DNA of 64,000 nucleotides, from positions 384,001-448,000 of the forward strand of contig CAXXWQ010000003.1 in the NCBI GenBank assembly GCA_963674945.2, read 5' to 3'. Each line of letters begins with the position of its first letter. Within the stretch, counting starts at the first letter, position 1. Source of the DNA: an uncultured Desulfosarcina sp. GTDB taxonomy: Bacteria; Desulfobacterota; Desulfobacteria; Desulfobacterales; Desulfosarcinaceae. The translations under genes were made by a program, and so were the position numbers. This document shows positions 10,159-20,235 of the stretch, piece after piece. The notes below the pieces were generated by a model. The model was not told the DNA's origin and searched no databases. It saw only the letters and a list, made by a program, of their open reading frames with translations.

Positions 10159-11088
10159 TTATTGACGCGCCCCATAACCGCACAGAACCAAATCTCCATT
10201 GATGGTGGTAAAATCCGTTTGCGGCGACACTATGATTTCAAATGATCGCCCGGTCACCTGGATTTTCTTCGATACCGAACAGCCGGCGGCGCCGCCGCCA
10301 TCAGAATCGATTCTATCCGTTACGCGTGCGATAATTCTCGATGTCTGGTTGGCGACCGAAAATTCGTCACCGCCGATGTTCCGGGCATAAAGGCTCAAAT
10401 CCGCTGTGGCGCCGGCAGTTCCTCCGGTAGTAATGTAGCAGAGCATATTGATTGTGATTTCCACCCAGGCAGCATTTTCCGGTATCGCATCCAAAGCGCT
10501 CCAGACAAACGAGCTTTGATAAAGAGTTTCAAATCCGACACCGGTAAGGGCACTGTCCAGCGCAACGAGCGGCGGGCTGCTCTCGAAGGTCATATGTATC
10601 CAGACCGTAGCGCTAAACGAGATTCTTTCCACCGTAACATTGCCGGCGCCGTAAACGGTTTCCAGCTCGGCCTGGATCGTCGCGGCGGTTGCATCGAAGG
10701 CGATCGGACTGGTGTTCGTCGAACCATCTCCGAGTGTGAACGTCCCGCCGGTGATGTCGATCATGGCAAGGGTCCAGCGCTCCTTCGTTCCCGTCGGCCC
10801 GACGATCGTCCATCCGGCGCTTTCGATATCGTCAAATTCGAACTGCTCATCGTCGATGTTGGGAGATCCGGATGCATTGGTGACAAACACACCGAACTCG
10901 TCGATGGAGGCCTCCGTCCACTTGAGCCATCGATCGATCAGACGAAACGCCCAATTAAAATATTGAAACGGCGGTTTTTCATTCGATACCCAGCCTGCCA
11001 GTTTTTTCGCCCCGGAAGGTTCCGCGAATTTATCGCCATCATCGTCGGTTATCCAGTCCAGGTGGCCTGTCGTCGGTTTGGTCGCCAA
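10159..11088 (-). CDS. Tail fibre proximal protein
   Basis: GW...EKPPFQYFNWAFRLIDRWL N-terminal motif of myovirus fibres; lies after the baseplate genes. Confidence 0.75.
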   Translation of the reverse strand: MATKPTTGHLDWITDDDGDKFAEPSGAKKLAGWVSNEKPPFQYFNWAFRLIDRWLKWTEASIDEFGVFVTNASGSPNIDDEQFEFDDIESAGWTIVGPTGTKERWTLAMIDITGGTFTLGDGSTNTSPIAFDATAATIQAELETVYGAGNVTVERISFSATVWIHMTFESSPPLVALDSALTGVGFETLYQSSFVWSALDAIPENAAWVEITINMLCYITTGGTAGATADLSLYARNIGGDEFSVANQTSRIIARVTDRIDSDGGGAAGCSVSKKIQVTGRSFEIIVSPQTDFTTINGDLVLCGYGARQ

Positions 11089-11100
11089 AACGCTCTCCTT

Positions 11101-11787
11101 TTACTCCTTCACGATGTAATACTCGCCATTGGGCAAGATGTAGTAGTCGCCGCCGGCCTCCACATAAGCGGTACCCGACGGCCCGGCGTGAGACAATTCG
11201 GCCCCCTGGATATAGGCAAGCTGTCCACCGGCATCGGGATCATCAACATCCCCGAATCCGCCCACCGTGTCGTCATCCGGATCGAAACCGAAATCATTGG
11301 ATGCCGTATAGATGATCGCCGGAAAATCGATTTCCACGCCGCCGGCCGGCACTTTTCTCATCATGGTGAAAATGAATTGGATCAGGTCCTCGTCCAGAGG
11401 TACGTCGCAGTAAAGATCGACCTGGCCGGGATATACCTCCAAAACATGGATATTGTCCGCCTGCGACAATATCTTCCAGACGCCGATGATCTCCTCGATG
11501 GTGCCGCGGCTGACGAGCTGTGCGCACCGGGCCGTTAAAAGAACGCGGTAGACAGCATCCTCCCACCCGGCCCGCTCGGTACCGACAATCCGGCCGATGC
11601 CGTTTAGCTGTTCTCCCGCAGAGCCCTCGATATCCAGCCGGCCGTACATGGATGAGACAACATCCTCGATTTCCTGCACCGGGGACAGCAATGCATCGAT
11701 CAGAGCGGAAAGATTCGGCCGGTCCTTATACTGCATCAGCAGCCTGGACCGGGCATCGGCAACATGGGTGTCGATGGGGAGGATCAT
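11101..11787 (-). CDS. Baseplate wedge protein (DUF2612-like)
   Basis: LLMQYKDRPNL, AGEQLNGIGRIVG; follows baseplate J. Confidence 0.8.
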   Translation of the reverse strand: MILPIDTHVADARSRLLMQYKDRPNLSALIDALLSPVQEIEDVVSSMYGRLDIEGSAGEQLNGIGRIVGTERAGWEDAVYRVLLTARCAQLVSRGTIEEIIGVWKILSQADNIHVLEVYPGQVDLYCDVPLDEDLIQFIFTMMRKVPAGGVEIDFPAIIYTASNDFGFDPDDDTVGGFGDVDDPDAGGQLAYIQGAELSHAGPSGTAYVEAGGDYYILPNGEYYIVKE

Positions 11788-12992
11788 GATGTCGCCACCG
11801 TTATGTTCTCAGCCGACCAGAGCGACATTTCCACGGTCCCTCCGGAGCCGTCATCGATGTCGATGTTATCGTCGCCCGTCGGGCTTTCCGTTCTTCCGAT
11901 TCTCACCGTCACATCGACAATCCCGCCAACGCCGGCAAGCTGGGCCACCAGTGCGGGATAAACGACGATATCGACACCGGCGCCGAGGCTGTTTCCCCAT
12001 TTTACGACCAGCTCCTTGACCAGATCGTCCCCGTTGCCCGGATAGTCGCCGGTTGTGGATAGATCCAGCTCCAGGTAAACCGGCACCGATACCGGCCTGG
12101 AAAACCGGCAGGTGCGTTTCTGGCCGTCACTGGAAACGACCTCGACGGCAACATCGCCGTGGGGTTTTATCCCGGCCGGTTTGGACGTCAGCATGATCGC
12201 ATCGGCGATCTCCTGGTCCCGGTCCGTAACGCCTCCGGCCTGGTACACCACGACGGCGATCGATTTGCCGGGGATGCCCCGGGAATCGGTCTCCAGTTCA
12301 AAGTTTTCGAAAACGCTGCAGTGCGTGATCGTCGCCCTGGTCGTGTCCTCGTTCAGGGCCAGGATGGCTTTTCGTATGGCCTCCGTCGGCCCCGCATTGG
12401 AAATGACCAGGTTGGTGCTGCGCCGGATCCGCGCCTCGGCATCGGTTTCCCGGTTGCGCCCTTCGATGGCCGCGGTCGGGTTGGTGACAGAGTTCAGCCC
12501 GGATATGGGTGTCACGATATTGGTAAGGGCGCCGGCGGCAACGGATATGGGGCCGGTCTGCTGGGCGATGCAGTCGACGGCGGCCGCAGTGCCGCTGATC
12601 GTTACGGCCGACTCGGTGGCAAATACTACATCGGCGGCGCCTTCCACGGAAAACAGGGTCCCGGACGGCACCACGGTCCCGTCCGTGCCGGTGAGCGTCA
12701 CACCGTTGCAGCGGCTGTAGGATGCGGCAAGGCGCTTTACCGCGGTGATCGCCAATACATGATCCAGGCTGGCGCCGCCGGACGTGTCCGGGTATTGAGC
12801 GTTGTAAAGGTCCTCGAGCGCTTCCCACAACAGCGCCTCGCGTTCGGCGAAAATACTCTTTAACTGGCCGAACACGGAAGACTCCGTGGTGTTGATATGC
12901 ACGCCGAAGGCGGCGCGCAGTGCCGCCTCGATCTCGTTTTCGCACTCGACCAGGGTCTTTCCGACAAATCCGCTTTCGGTCATTCCGCTCAT
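11784..12992 (-). CDS. Baseplate J/gp47 family protein
   Basis: GASLD, GTVVPSGT, GRNRETDAEARIR motifs. Confidence 0.9.
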   Translation of the reverse strand: MSGMTESGFVGKTLVECENEIEAALRAAFGVHINTTESSVFGQLKSIFAEREALLWEALEDLYNAQYPDTSGGASLDHVLAITAVKRLAASYSRCNGVTLTGTDGTVVPSGTLFSVEGAADVVFATESAVTISGTAAAVDCIAQQTGPISVAAGALTNIVTPISGLNSVTNPTAAIEGRNRETDAEARIRRSTNLVISNAGPTEAIRKAILALNEDTTRATITHCSVFENFELETDSRGIPGKSIAVVVYQAGGVTDRDQEIADAIMLTSKPAGIKPHGDVAVEVVSSDGQKRTCRFSRPVSVPVYLELDLSTTGDYPGNGDDLVKELVVKWGNSLGAGVDIVVYPALVAQLAGVGGIVDVTVRIGRTESPTGDDNIDIDDGSGGTVEMSLWSAENITVATS

Positions 12993-13348
12993 GGCAACAC
13001 CTCGTCGAAAGAAATCTGCTCTCCGGACTCTGACGTGGCGGTAAATGTCAGCTTCAACCGTCGCGTCCGCCGTTCGACGGAAAGATCAAAAAAGGTCAGC
13101 TCGACGATCCCGGGCGTATTGATGATCGCACTTTTAAAAACACCGTCCAAAACCACAGGGTCCGGGTTTTTCACCAGCACGTGCTGCAGGTACGGCACCC
13201 CCTTTCGCTGGTCTCGGAACCACTCCCCCAGCCATGTTTTCAATCGTTGGGCAAGATGCTGGACGATGGCGCTTTCGCCGGTCACAACGGCCAGGTCGCG
13301 ATCGGCGATCACCAGGTCCCAGGTATCCTTGTCCAGTGCCAGATCCAC
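12989..13348 (-). CDS. Baseplate protein (gp46/gp25-like sheath initiator)
   Basis: QRLKTWLGEWFRDQRKGVPY motif; synteny. Confidence 0.75.
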   Translation of the reverse strand: MDLALDKDTWDLVIADRDLAVVTGESAIVQHLAQRLKTWLGEWFRDQRKGVPYLQHVLVKNPDPVVLDGVFKSAIINTPGIVELTFFDLSVERRTRRLKLTFTATSESGEQISFDEVLP

Positions 13349-13572
13349 TATTCGAGATCTCCTTTTCCGGTCAAACCACCGCCCTGGCTATCCAGAAAGG
13401 TTCCGGGAACGGCATGGCCGTTTGTCTTGATGTGGTTTACGATCGCCGTGCAGATCACCTGCCACTGCTGGGTCATGACGGCCTGCTCCGATCCGTCCAA
13501 TTGTCCGCCGGGCGCCGTTGCGGCCAGTGCGGCCGCCACTTCCGATCCCATTTGATTGCCGTTTAGGGCCAT
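13348..13572 (-). CDS. Small baseplate/spike-tip-like protein
   Basis: ICTAIVNHIK...GGLTGKG; lies between spike and gp46-like genes. Confidence 0.55.
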   Translation of the reverse strand: MALNGNQMGSEVAAALAATAPGGQLDGSEQAVMTQQWQVICTAIVNHIKTNGHAVPGTFLDSQGGGLTGKGDLE

Positions 13573-13574
13573 GA

Positions 13575-14225
13575 TCAAACTCTCTTTATGGTTGCCAGCC
13601 TTGCCCGGTCGGCTTCAAGGTCCGTGATGGTCGTATGGTAAAACGGCATCGCCCCCATGGCCGTTGCCACACGCGCGTTGATCAAGTGCTCTAAGATGCC
13701 GTCCACGATAGTCAAAAACTCCTCGCTGGCCCCGGATATGGAGATCTTCCCGGAAGGGTCCATCTCGATACGCATCTGCCCGTTTTGCAGCACGGCGTTC
13801 GATGCGCTGGTACCGGAAAGCGGGCTGCCGAACGGCCGCAGACCGGGGATGAAGATCGCGTCCTTTAATGCATGGATTCTCACGTCATCCGGGCTGACGA
13901 TCTGCCCGGTACCGGATAGCCAGTTGTCCAGGCTGCGGTCCGCAAAGACCAGCATCCCCGGATCGCCGGCAGCCAACGGCAGGTGAAGATACGCCGTACC
14001 GCCGGCGGCAGACGGCCACTGCACCGGCACATTGGTGATGACGGGCAGTTGGGCCGCACCGATTTCGACATACTGTTTTTTCAAAAGCGGTTTCACATCG
14101 GCGCGCTGCTCGTCTTCGTCGTACTTCTCGATACGGCCGGGCAGGCACACGCGAAGATCCATCATCTGCCGGCGAATGGCGTTTTTCAGCCCCTTTGCAA
14201 ACGATTTGGCCGCCTTTTGTGTCAT
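13575..14225 (-). CDS. Baseplate puncturing spike (Gp138-like)
   Basis: CLPGRIEKYD, LPVITNVPV, GDPGMLVFADRSLDNW, HALKDAIFIPG. Confidence 0.85.
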   Translation of the reverse strand: MTQKAAKSFAKGLKNAIRRQMMDLRVCLPGRIEKYDEDEQRADVKPLLKKQYVEIGAAQLPVITNVPVQWPSAAGGTAYLHLPLAAGDPGMLVFADRSLDNWLSGTGQIVSPDDVRIHALKDAIFIPGLRPFGSPLSGTSASNAVLQNGQMRIEMDPSGKISISGASEEFLTIVDGILEHLINARVATAMGAMPFYHTTITDLEADRARLATIKRV

Positions 14226-15064
14226 ATCGCCACCGCCGTCCCGTTGGCGTTCCAAGCCTGCCCGTGGGTGTCCCCGGAAAAGTTCACGCTTTCCACTTTG
14301 TAAAACCCGTTCACCGTCTTGTTTTGCTCACACCGAATCCGCACCAGACGGCCCGGGGCGATCTTAGGAACGATAAGGCACTGAAACTCCACCCCGGTCT
14401 TTTCGTATTTCGTGTCGCGCAGCACCGGAACGTCAACCAGGCCCGTTTCGGGTGTGAGAAGAATCGCATCGTCGGCAAGCGCCTGGTCCTTTGGATTGAC
14501 CTGGAGCGTGTTATTCTGGATCGACCACTCCAGCCCCTGGTTTTCCGTCAGCCGGTCGAGCTCGTCCTTGCTCGCACCGGATACCACGTCCCCGCGCCGG
14601 GCGATTTTCGACTCGATGCCGAGAAGAGAGCCCAGCGCCACCTTGCCTTCGTCCACCAGTGTTTTGGCCACATCCCGGATGATCGTCTTGTAATCCGTTC
14701 CGGCCGCATAGCTTTTGTCCACGCTTACCCGGCGGATGGCGTTGAGGCCGTCGCCGCACTCTGCCGTGGTCACCCAGTCCGGGCCCTGTCTGGAAATGTA
14801 GGCCCGCGAGATGTCGCCCACGTACAAAATGCTCAAGTCTCCGCCATAGCCCACCTCGAGCATCACGAACGGATCTGTTGCGCGAACCAGGGCCCGGGAG
14901 GATTCCGCCAGGTTGTAAATGCTGATCTTGGCCGTATTGGGAAAGCTTTCCGAGGTCTTTTCCACCTGGAAGATCGTTCGAAGGCCGATGAATTTCTTCG
15001 CATCGCCCGTCTTCCGGCTGCCGATGGTTACCGCGACGCTTCGATCAAACAGCACCCGGCTCAT
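14222..15064 (-). CDS. Baseplate hub protein
   Basis: PNTAKISIYNL, LEVGYG, WSIQN, LTPETGL, FSGDTHG. Confidence 0.8.
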   Translation of the reverse strand: MSRVLFDRSVAVTIGSRKTGDAKKFIGLRTIFQVEKTSESFPNTAKISIYNLAESSRALVRATDPFVMLEVGYGGDLSILYVGDISRAYISRQGPDWVTTAECGDGLNAIRRVSVDKSYAAGTDYKTIIRDVAKTLVDEGKVALGSLLGIESKIARRGDVVSGASKDELDRLTENQGLEWSIQNNTLQVNPKDQALADDAILLTPETGLVDVPVLRDTKYEKTGVEFQCLIVPKIAPGRLVRIRCEQNKTVNGFYKVESVNFSGDTHGQAWNANGTAVAI

Positions 15065-15381
15065 GCGGCCTCCTGGTACACGATGCCGACGTCGCGCCCG
15101 AAGTTGTCCCGGTCCGCTTCCGTGTATTGTTCGGAGAAGTTAACAACAAACAGCCGGCCGGCGGGAAACCGCGCGTCCGAATAGGGGGCCAGAAGATCCA
15201 CTCCCAGCCGGACGGCGATGCCGGCCGCCAGGATTTGCTCATCGGCGGACCGGATGGTCATCATCCATGCTTCGGCCCGGGTGTTGTACAAAAACGAAAA
15301 TCCGTACACCGCGCCGTCCAGCGCGATGGTGAACCGCTGTTTGGGAACGTCCGCCGATATGGGGAGTGCGACGATGGCCAT
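15061..15381 (-). CDS. Baseplate plug-like protein
   Basis: QRFTIALDG, YNTRAEAW, GVDLLAPY; synteny. Confidence 0.7.
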   Translation of the reverse strand: MAIVALPISADVPKQRFTIALDGAVYGFSFLYNTRAEAWMMTIRSADEQILAAGIAVRLGVDLLAPYSDARFPAGRLFVVNFSEQYTEADRDNFGRDVGIVYQEAA

Positions 15382-15383
15382 GA

Positions 15384-16106
15384 TCAATCCAACAAAGATG
15401 GAAACACCTTTCTGGTTAACTTATAGGCCCAGCTTTCCGCGACCTTGCTTTTGGCATCGTCCAGTGCCTTGGGCAGCATACGGCCGCTGTCCTTTACATC
15501 CGCGCCCATGTCCCGCGTATCCTCGCTGAGGGCCTCGGCCGGCACGGCCACGGTCTGGCTGGTCACGATCTTCGCCTCTTTGAAGGCCGCCGAGAAAACG
15601 AGCGAACCTGCGGTGTTTGCCGTGCGCACGGGAGAAAACCGCTCCATCACCATGTTGGTGTAGGTGTCCAGCCCGGTGATGATCGTAAGAAGGAGCTTTT
15701 TCTCCCGGATCTCCTTGAACACGTCCAGCGCCGCCTTTGCCGGCTGTGCGGATTGGCTCACCAGCTTGTTGCCGACGAGCACGCCCGCGGCCGTGGCAAC
15801 GGTCTTGGCAGGACCGGACAGGGCCCCGCCGATCACGCCGGCCACATTGCCCACCATGGCAGTCGAAAGGTTGATCGGATGATTGCTGACGATGCCTTCC
15901 AGCGTCAGCCGTGACGGCTTGAGGATGATATGGTCGGAGACCACGGCCCCGTCCTCGATGGGAAATTCCGTCACCTGGGACGCCATCTCGGGCCGTTCCG
16001 ACGGCGTGCAGTCGAGCTGCAGCAACACGCGTTCGGCAGTGCCGGAATTGTACTGCAAGGTCACCCGGCGGGGAAAAAACGTGTTGGTTATGCTCTCGAA
16101 CGCCAT
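15384..16106 (-). CDS. Phage baseplate/Dit-like protein
   Basis: VTEFPIEDGAVVSDH, TGLDTYTNM motifs. Confidence 0.8.
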   Translation of the reverse strand: MAFESITNTFFPRRVTLQYNSGTAERVLLQLDCTPSERPEMASQVTEFPIEDGAVVSDHIILKPSRLTLEGIVSNHPINLSTAMVGNVAGVIGGALSGPAKTVATAAGVLVGNKLVSQSAQPAKAALDVFKEIREKKLLLTIITGLDTYTNMVMERFSPVRTANTAGSLVFSAAFKEAKIVTSQTVAVPAEALSEDTRDMGADVKDSGRMLPKALDDAKSKVAESWAYKLTRKVFPSLLD

Positions 16107-16109
16107 GGG

Positions 16110-17597
16110 CTACTCCTGCTCGGTCGGTTCCAGAAAGTTGAACGTGTCGCTCATGATCCGGCGAAACTCGTCGGAAACACCGTGCAGTACTGCCTGGCTT
16201 ACCGCCGATGGGGGTTTTCCTTCCGGGACGATGACGGTGATCGGTGCGTCTACGCGAATACTTTGCCGTTTGCTGATGTTGCGCGTGGATGACGGCGCAT
16301 TGCCCGGGCCAAGACTCATCATGGAAAAAACGCCCTGGATGGCGTCGCCGGCCCATTTCGTGCCGGTCTCGAGCCAGCCGCCAAGCCGCCTGGTCCCCGA
16401 GCTGATGACTCCTTCCAACGGCCGGATTTTGCTTTTCAGCCACTCGATCTTTTCTCCGATAAAAAGCGCGATGCTCTCAAAGATCTCGAGCAGGGCGTCT
16501 TTTAACGCCCTGGCCGTTTGCTTGATTTTTTCAAACGCGTTTTCGAACTTTTCAACCAGCACACCGGTGACCGATTTGCCATCTTTCCCGAAACGGAAGA
16601 GATCTTCCCAAAACAAAAAATTCGTTGCGGCCGCAATGGCAAGAAGAGACGCTATCGCCAACGGAACGCCGGCAATCTTTACATTGGCGATCAGTCCCGC
16701 CGTGCCCAATGCGTTCATGGCTTTGGTCAGTGTCTGTATCCCCATCACCACGTTGCCGATGGCGGAAGCACTGTAAGCCCCGAGAAAAATACCGGCTGCG
16801 ATCCCTGCCATCCGCAGGGCCCGGGCCAGGTTGTCCAGGTTGAACACCGCCTCCTTGTTCTCTTTCATCCACCCCCGAAACCGCTCCATCCATCCAGTGA
16901 AAACAGGAAGCAATTCGACGCCGATGGCGTTTTTTACACCCACCATCACCAGTTTGGTCCGAAGCAATTCGTCGTTGAACTTCTCGGCGCTTCTCGCATC
17001 CGCATCGCTGATCACATACCCGAGCGACCGGGCCTCGGCCCGCATGTTGCGTAGCGCTTGGCCGCCGTCTCTCAGCATGTTCACCATGCCCACGCCCTCG
17101 GTGTCGAACAGCTTGAAGGCAAGGGCCACCCGCCGGCTCGGGTCCTCCACCCGCGCCATGCCGTCGGCGATGTCGGCCAAAAGGTCCTCGCTCGATTTCA
17201 TGCGGCCGTTTGAATCGGAGACGATCACGCCAAGCTCTTTTAAAGCGTCCTTTGCCTCGCCGGTACCCCGGGCCGCCTCGGCCGCCCGGCGCGTCATGCG
17301 CTGCAGGGCCGTGTCGAACTGGTTTTGCGCCACACCGGCGATCTCGGCCGCGTAGCGCATCTCCTGCAGGGCCTCGATGCCCACCCCGAGCTTGTCCGCT
17401 GTTTTTGCCGCCTGGTCGCCCACGTTCGCCACATTTTTGGCCATACCCAAAAGGATCCCGGAGGCCGCCGTCGCCACCGCCCCCACGCCGAGGATCAGGC
17501 GCTTTGTCTGTTTCAGCCCCTTGTCCAGGGCCTTCAGGTCCTGGTCCTTTACGTCGAACCCGATGCTGACGAACAGATCCCTGAGTTTAAAGGCCAT
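16110..17597 (-). CDS. Tail tape measure protein
   Basis: 495 aa, Ala-rich helical; follows tail chaperones. Confidence 0.85.
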   Translation of the reverse strand: MAFKLRDLFVSIGFDVKDQDLKALDKGLKQTKRLILGVGAVATAASGILLGMAKNVANVGDQAAKTADKLGVGIEALQEMRYAAEIAGVAQNQFDTALQRMTRRAAEAARGTGEAKDALKELGVIVSDSNGRMKSSEDLLADIADGMARVEDPSRRVALAFKLFDTEGVGMVNMLRDGGQALRNMRAEARSLGYVISDADARSAEKFNDELLRTKLVMVGVKNAIGVELLPVFTGWMERFRGWMKENKEAVFNLDNLARALRMAGIAAGIFLGAYSASAIGNVVMGIQTLTKAMNALGTAGLIANVKIAGVPLAIASLLAIAAATNFLFWEDLFRFGKDGKSVTGVLVEKFENAFEKIKQTARALKDALLEIFESIALFIGEKIEWLKSKIRPLEGVISSGTRRLGGWLETGTKWAGDAIQGVFSMMSLGPGNAPSSTRNISKRQSIRVDAPITVIVPEGKPPSAVSQAVLHGVSDEFRRIMSDTFNFLEPTEQE

Positions 17598-17600
17598 GAT

Positions 17601-17786
17601 CTACTTTCCTTTGGGATTTTCCGCGGCCCATTGCTGGGCCTCCTGATGAACGTCGAGCGCCTCGTGCGCGTCGAAAAGGTCGCAAAGCGACCAGCGGGTT
17701 TCGATTTCCGTCAAGGTGGCGATCCTTGCCACTACCGGCCGCCAGAGGTACCACGCGACGTTTCCCGGCCCGGGGTCATACCCTTT
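17601..17786 (-). CDS. Tail assembly chaperone C-terminal extension (gpT-like, via -1 frameshift)
   Basis: WRPVVARIATLTEIETRWSLCDLFDAHEALD; slippery heptamer A AAG GGT at 17786-17780. Confidence 0.65.
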   Translation of the reverse strand, partial: KGYDPGPGNVAWYLWRPVVARIATLTEIETRWSLCDLFDAHEALDVHQEAQQWAAENPKGK

Positions 17787-18208
17787 AATTTGGCGGCCAG
17801 ACCGCCGGCGACGCCGGACCACGCGTCGAAAAAATCCGAGTACTCCGCTTTCAAAGCCGCTGCGACCACCTTGAACAGATGCGGCAACCTACCCCCGAAC
17901 AGCACGTCGAACTGCCTGGACACCTCGCCGTGGCCTTTGCAGATGGCCTGGGAGAGAAGATCGTCGATGATCGACTCCACCACGTCCTCGTCCAGCCGGT
18001 CGCAAAGGGCGCCCATCACCCGGGAAAGGTCCAGGTCCTTGTCCAGGATGCTCTCCGTGTCGCCTGCCGTTCCGGACACCGCAGCCCCGGCCGGTGCGCC
18101 CAATACCTTGAAGATGCGGACCAGAAGACGCATGGACTGTTTCGGCGGCATCTGGTGAAACGAGTACTCGAGGCCGTCAATGGTCTTTACGATCGTCTCC
18201 CTGGCCAT
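17732..18208 (-). CDS. Tail assembly chaperone (gpG-like)
   Basis: Position between tube and tape measure; FDVLFGGR...EYSDFF. Confidence 0.75.
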   Translation of the reverse strand: MARETIVKTIDGLEYSFHQMPPKQSMRLLVRIFKVLGAPAGAAVSGTAGDTESILDKDLDLSRVMGALCDRLDEDVVESIIDDLLSQAICKGHGEVSRQFDVLFGGRLPHLFKVVAAALKAEYSDFFDAWSGVAGGLAAKLKGMTPGRETSRGTSGGR

Positions 18209-18606
18209 CAGTTACCTCCCACCGTGAACGTTGTAAAAGAACCACGGATCGTCCATTCCCTCTCTCCCGCCTCTTTGCCGTACTCGCTGTCCGCCGGCTT
18301 CACAACGGTCCCTTGGGGCATGACGTGCAAAGAGTTCCCGTTGTTGTCCTTGATGATGCAGGAAAACAGCGCGTCGGAAAGACTGTAGCCGGAAAGGGTT
18401 GCGTTGTCCTGGGACGTCTGCGGCGTCGTGATGGTGATGGCGCCGAGCGTGTTGAGGTTTTTCGTCCGCGTCGGCTCGCCGGTCGTCCCGGAAGAAAAGG
18501 ACCAGGCGTCCTCATCCCGCTTGGCGGAAACCTTGTTCCAGCTTTTGATGATGCTTCCCCCGACGATCAGGCTCACCTGGTCGGGGTCGTACGTTTTCAT
18601 CTCCAT
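18208..18606 (-). CDS. Tail tube protein (DUF3277-like)
   Basis: KTYDPDQVSLIVGG, QTSQDN, YGKEAGEREW. Confidence 0.8.
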   Translation of the reverse strand: MEMKTYDPDQVSLIVGGSIIKSWNKVSAKRDEDAWSFSSGTTGEPTRTKNLNTLGAITITTPQTSQDNATLSGYSLSDALFSCIIKDNNGNSLHVMPQGTVVKPADSEYGKEAGEREWTIRGSFTTFTVGGN

Positions 18607-18677
18607 GATTTCATCCTCCCGTCCTATCGCCTATGGCCCATAGCCTATCGCCTATGACCGATGGCCCATAGCCAGTC

Positions 18678-19718
18678 CTACAACGTCAGCCTGCCGGAAA
18701 TACTCAACTTGTGGATCGCTTCGGCGATTTTGGCGGAAAATTCCACGCCGCTTAGATACCGCTGGGCCTTTTGCGCCGGATCGACCGAATCGATATCCGG
18801 CATGGTGATGGAAATGGTGCCGTCGGCGAGAAAGCCGACATCCACACCCTTTTGCAGCCGGTACCGGATCTGGTTTTCGATCACACAAAAGCCGTGTACG
18901 GTAAACGGGATCTTGTCCGCGTTGATCAGTTCCAGGAAAATACCCTCGGCGATGCGCGCTTTGAGCCAGTCGCACCCGCGAATGGTGTCGATATACTCGC
19001 CGGAGGCCATCACCGCATCGCCTGAAATTGTGTTTTTGCCGGCAATGGTTTCGTAGAAGTTGGCGTTTTTGCTCCCCAGGTTGTCCACGGCCGTGTCCGT
19101 CAAATCGTCGGGGGTGATCCCGGAAAGGCTCTTGTACTTCCACGTGATGCTGCCCGGATCCTCGGGAAGGCATCGGCCCAGCCACGCCCCTTCCGGGTAT
19201 TTCGCATGATCCGCGCTGTACATGATCGCCGTGCGTTCGTAGCCGGCCGCCTTCAGCGTGGAGGCGATGTCCGACGTCGCGCTGGTGAGCATGTCCGCCT
19301 CTGCGATGCAGCCGATGAAGATCTTGTCCCTGGGCTCGATCCAGGCGGCCGCCGCGGCGATGTCCGCGATCTGGTCCGCCTCGACCCCGTCCCGCGTCAG
19401 CATCAGCGCGTACCAGTCGCCGTACGCCTCCTGCATGGCGGACAGCTCGTCGCCGAGCGTTTCGGCCGTATCGAACCTGCCGATGACGATCTTCTCCGGG
19501 CTCACCTCCTGGCCGAACAGCGCGGCCGCCGCCTTCCACTGCTCGGTCGTCGTTTCGAAATCCTCCTCCACGGCCTCGATGGAGCCGTACACCCGGTACC
19601 GGTCGGCAAATTCCGTAAGCGGCCCGAAGACCAGCGGCGTACCGAACCCGGCCTGGGTGATCTTGGCCGTCTCTCTCGTGATGTTGACGACAACGATGTC
19701 ACTGATTTGCGTTCCCAT
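18678..19718 (-). CDS. Tail sheath protein (DUF3383)
   Basis: ISDIVVVNI, PGSITWKYKSLSG, GEYIDTIRGCDW, KIPFT, AIHK. Confidence 0.9.
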   Translation of the reverse strand: MGTQISDIVVVNITRETAKITQAGFGTPLVFGPLTEFADRYRVYGSIEAVEEDFETTTEQWKAAAALFGQEVSPEKIVIGRFDTAETLGDELSAMQEAYGDWYALMLTRDGVEADQIADIAAAAAWIEPRDKIFIGCIAEADMLTSATSDIASTLKAAGYERTAIMYSADHAKYPEGAWLGRCLPEDPGSITWKYKSLSGITPDDLTDTAVDNLGSKNANFYETIAGKNTISGDAVMASGEYIDTIRGCDWLKARIAEGIFLELINADKIPFTVHGFCVIENQIRYRLQKGVDVGFLADGTISITMPDIDSVDPAQKAQRYLSGVEFSAKIAEAIHKLSISGRLTL

Positions 19719-19722
19719 GTTC

Positions 19723-20235
19723 TCACTCCGAATCGATGGTTATGGTTTGGCCGCAAACGGCGCTGGTGATGCCGACCTTGCGGATCTCTCCCGGGGCGTC
19801 CGTCATCTGGTCCGCCCAGGCGATGAAGATGTCGATCACGGCGCGACCCTCGTGCTTTGTGTCCATCAACGCCGTGATATCCGTCGGCGGTTCGTTGCCC
19901 CACACGGCGAATCCGGCCTGGCGCAGCCGGGCCTGATGGGTGGGAAGAAAAAGGGCGTTTTCGATGGCCGCTGCCATGACCAGGGCGTTTTCTCCGAATG
20001 TTGAGATGCTCAGCGTCGCCCGCTTTCTCATCGGGTAGGCGTACGTGTCCTCCGACTCGTAGCGCTCCTCGGGTGTTCCGGTGGACCTCGGTCCCGCAAT
20101 GATGTCCAGTGTCGCAAACGGGATGTGCGGCCGCTTGCCGTCCTCGTGCTCCCAGATCACGCTCACGCCGGTGAGGATCTCCTGTATCCAGGCGTGCAGT
20201 CCGTTCTCCTGTGTGGTGGTCAGTCGCTGCATCAC
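19723..20235 (-). CDS. Neck/tail terminator protein
   Basis: Synteny; VIWEHEDGKRP and EGRAVIDI motifs. Confidence 0.7.
   Translation of the reverse strand: MMQRLTTTQENGLHAWIQEILTGVSVIWEHEDGKRPHIPFATLDIIAGPRSTGTPEERYESEDTYAYPMRKRATLSISTFGENALVMAAAIENALFLPTHQARLRQAGFAVWGNEPPTDITALMDTKHEGRAVIDIFIAWADQMTDAPGEIRKVGITSAVCGQTITIDSE

Noticed and set aside
6210..11088. Invertible tail-fibre (Gin/G-segment) system
   Set aside because: No serine invertase and no inverted crossover repeats seen.
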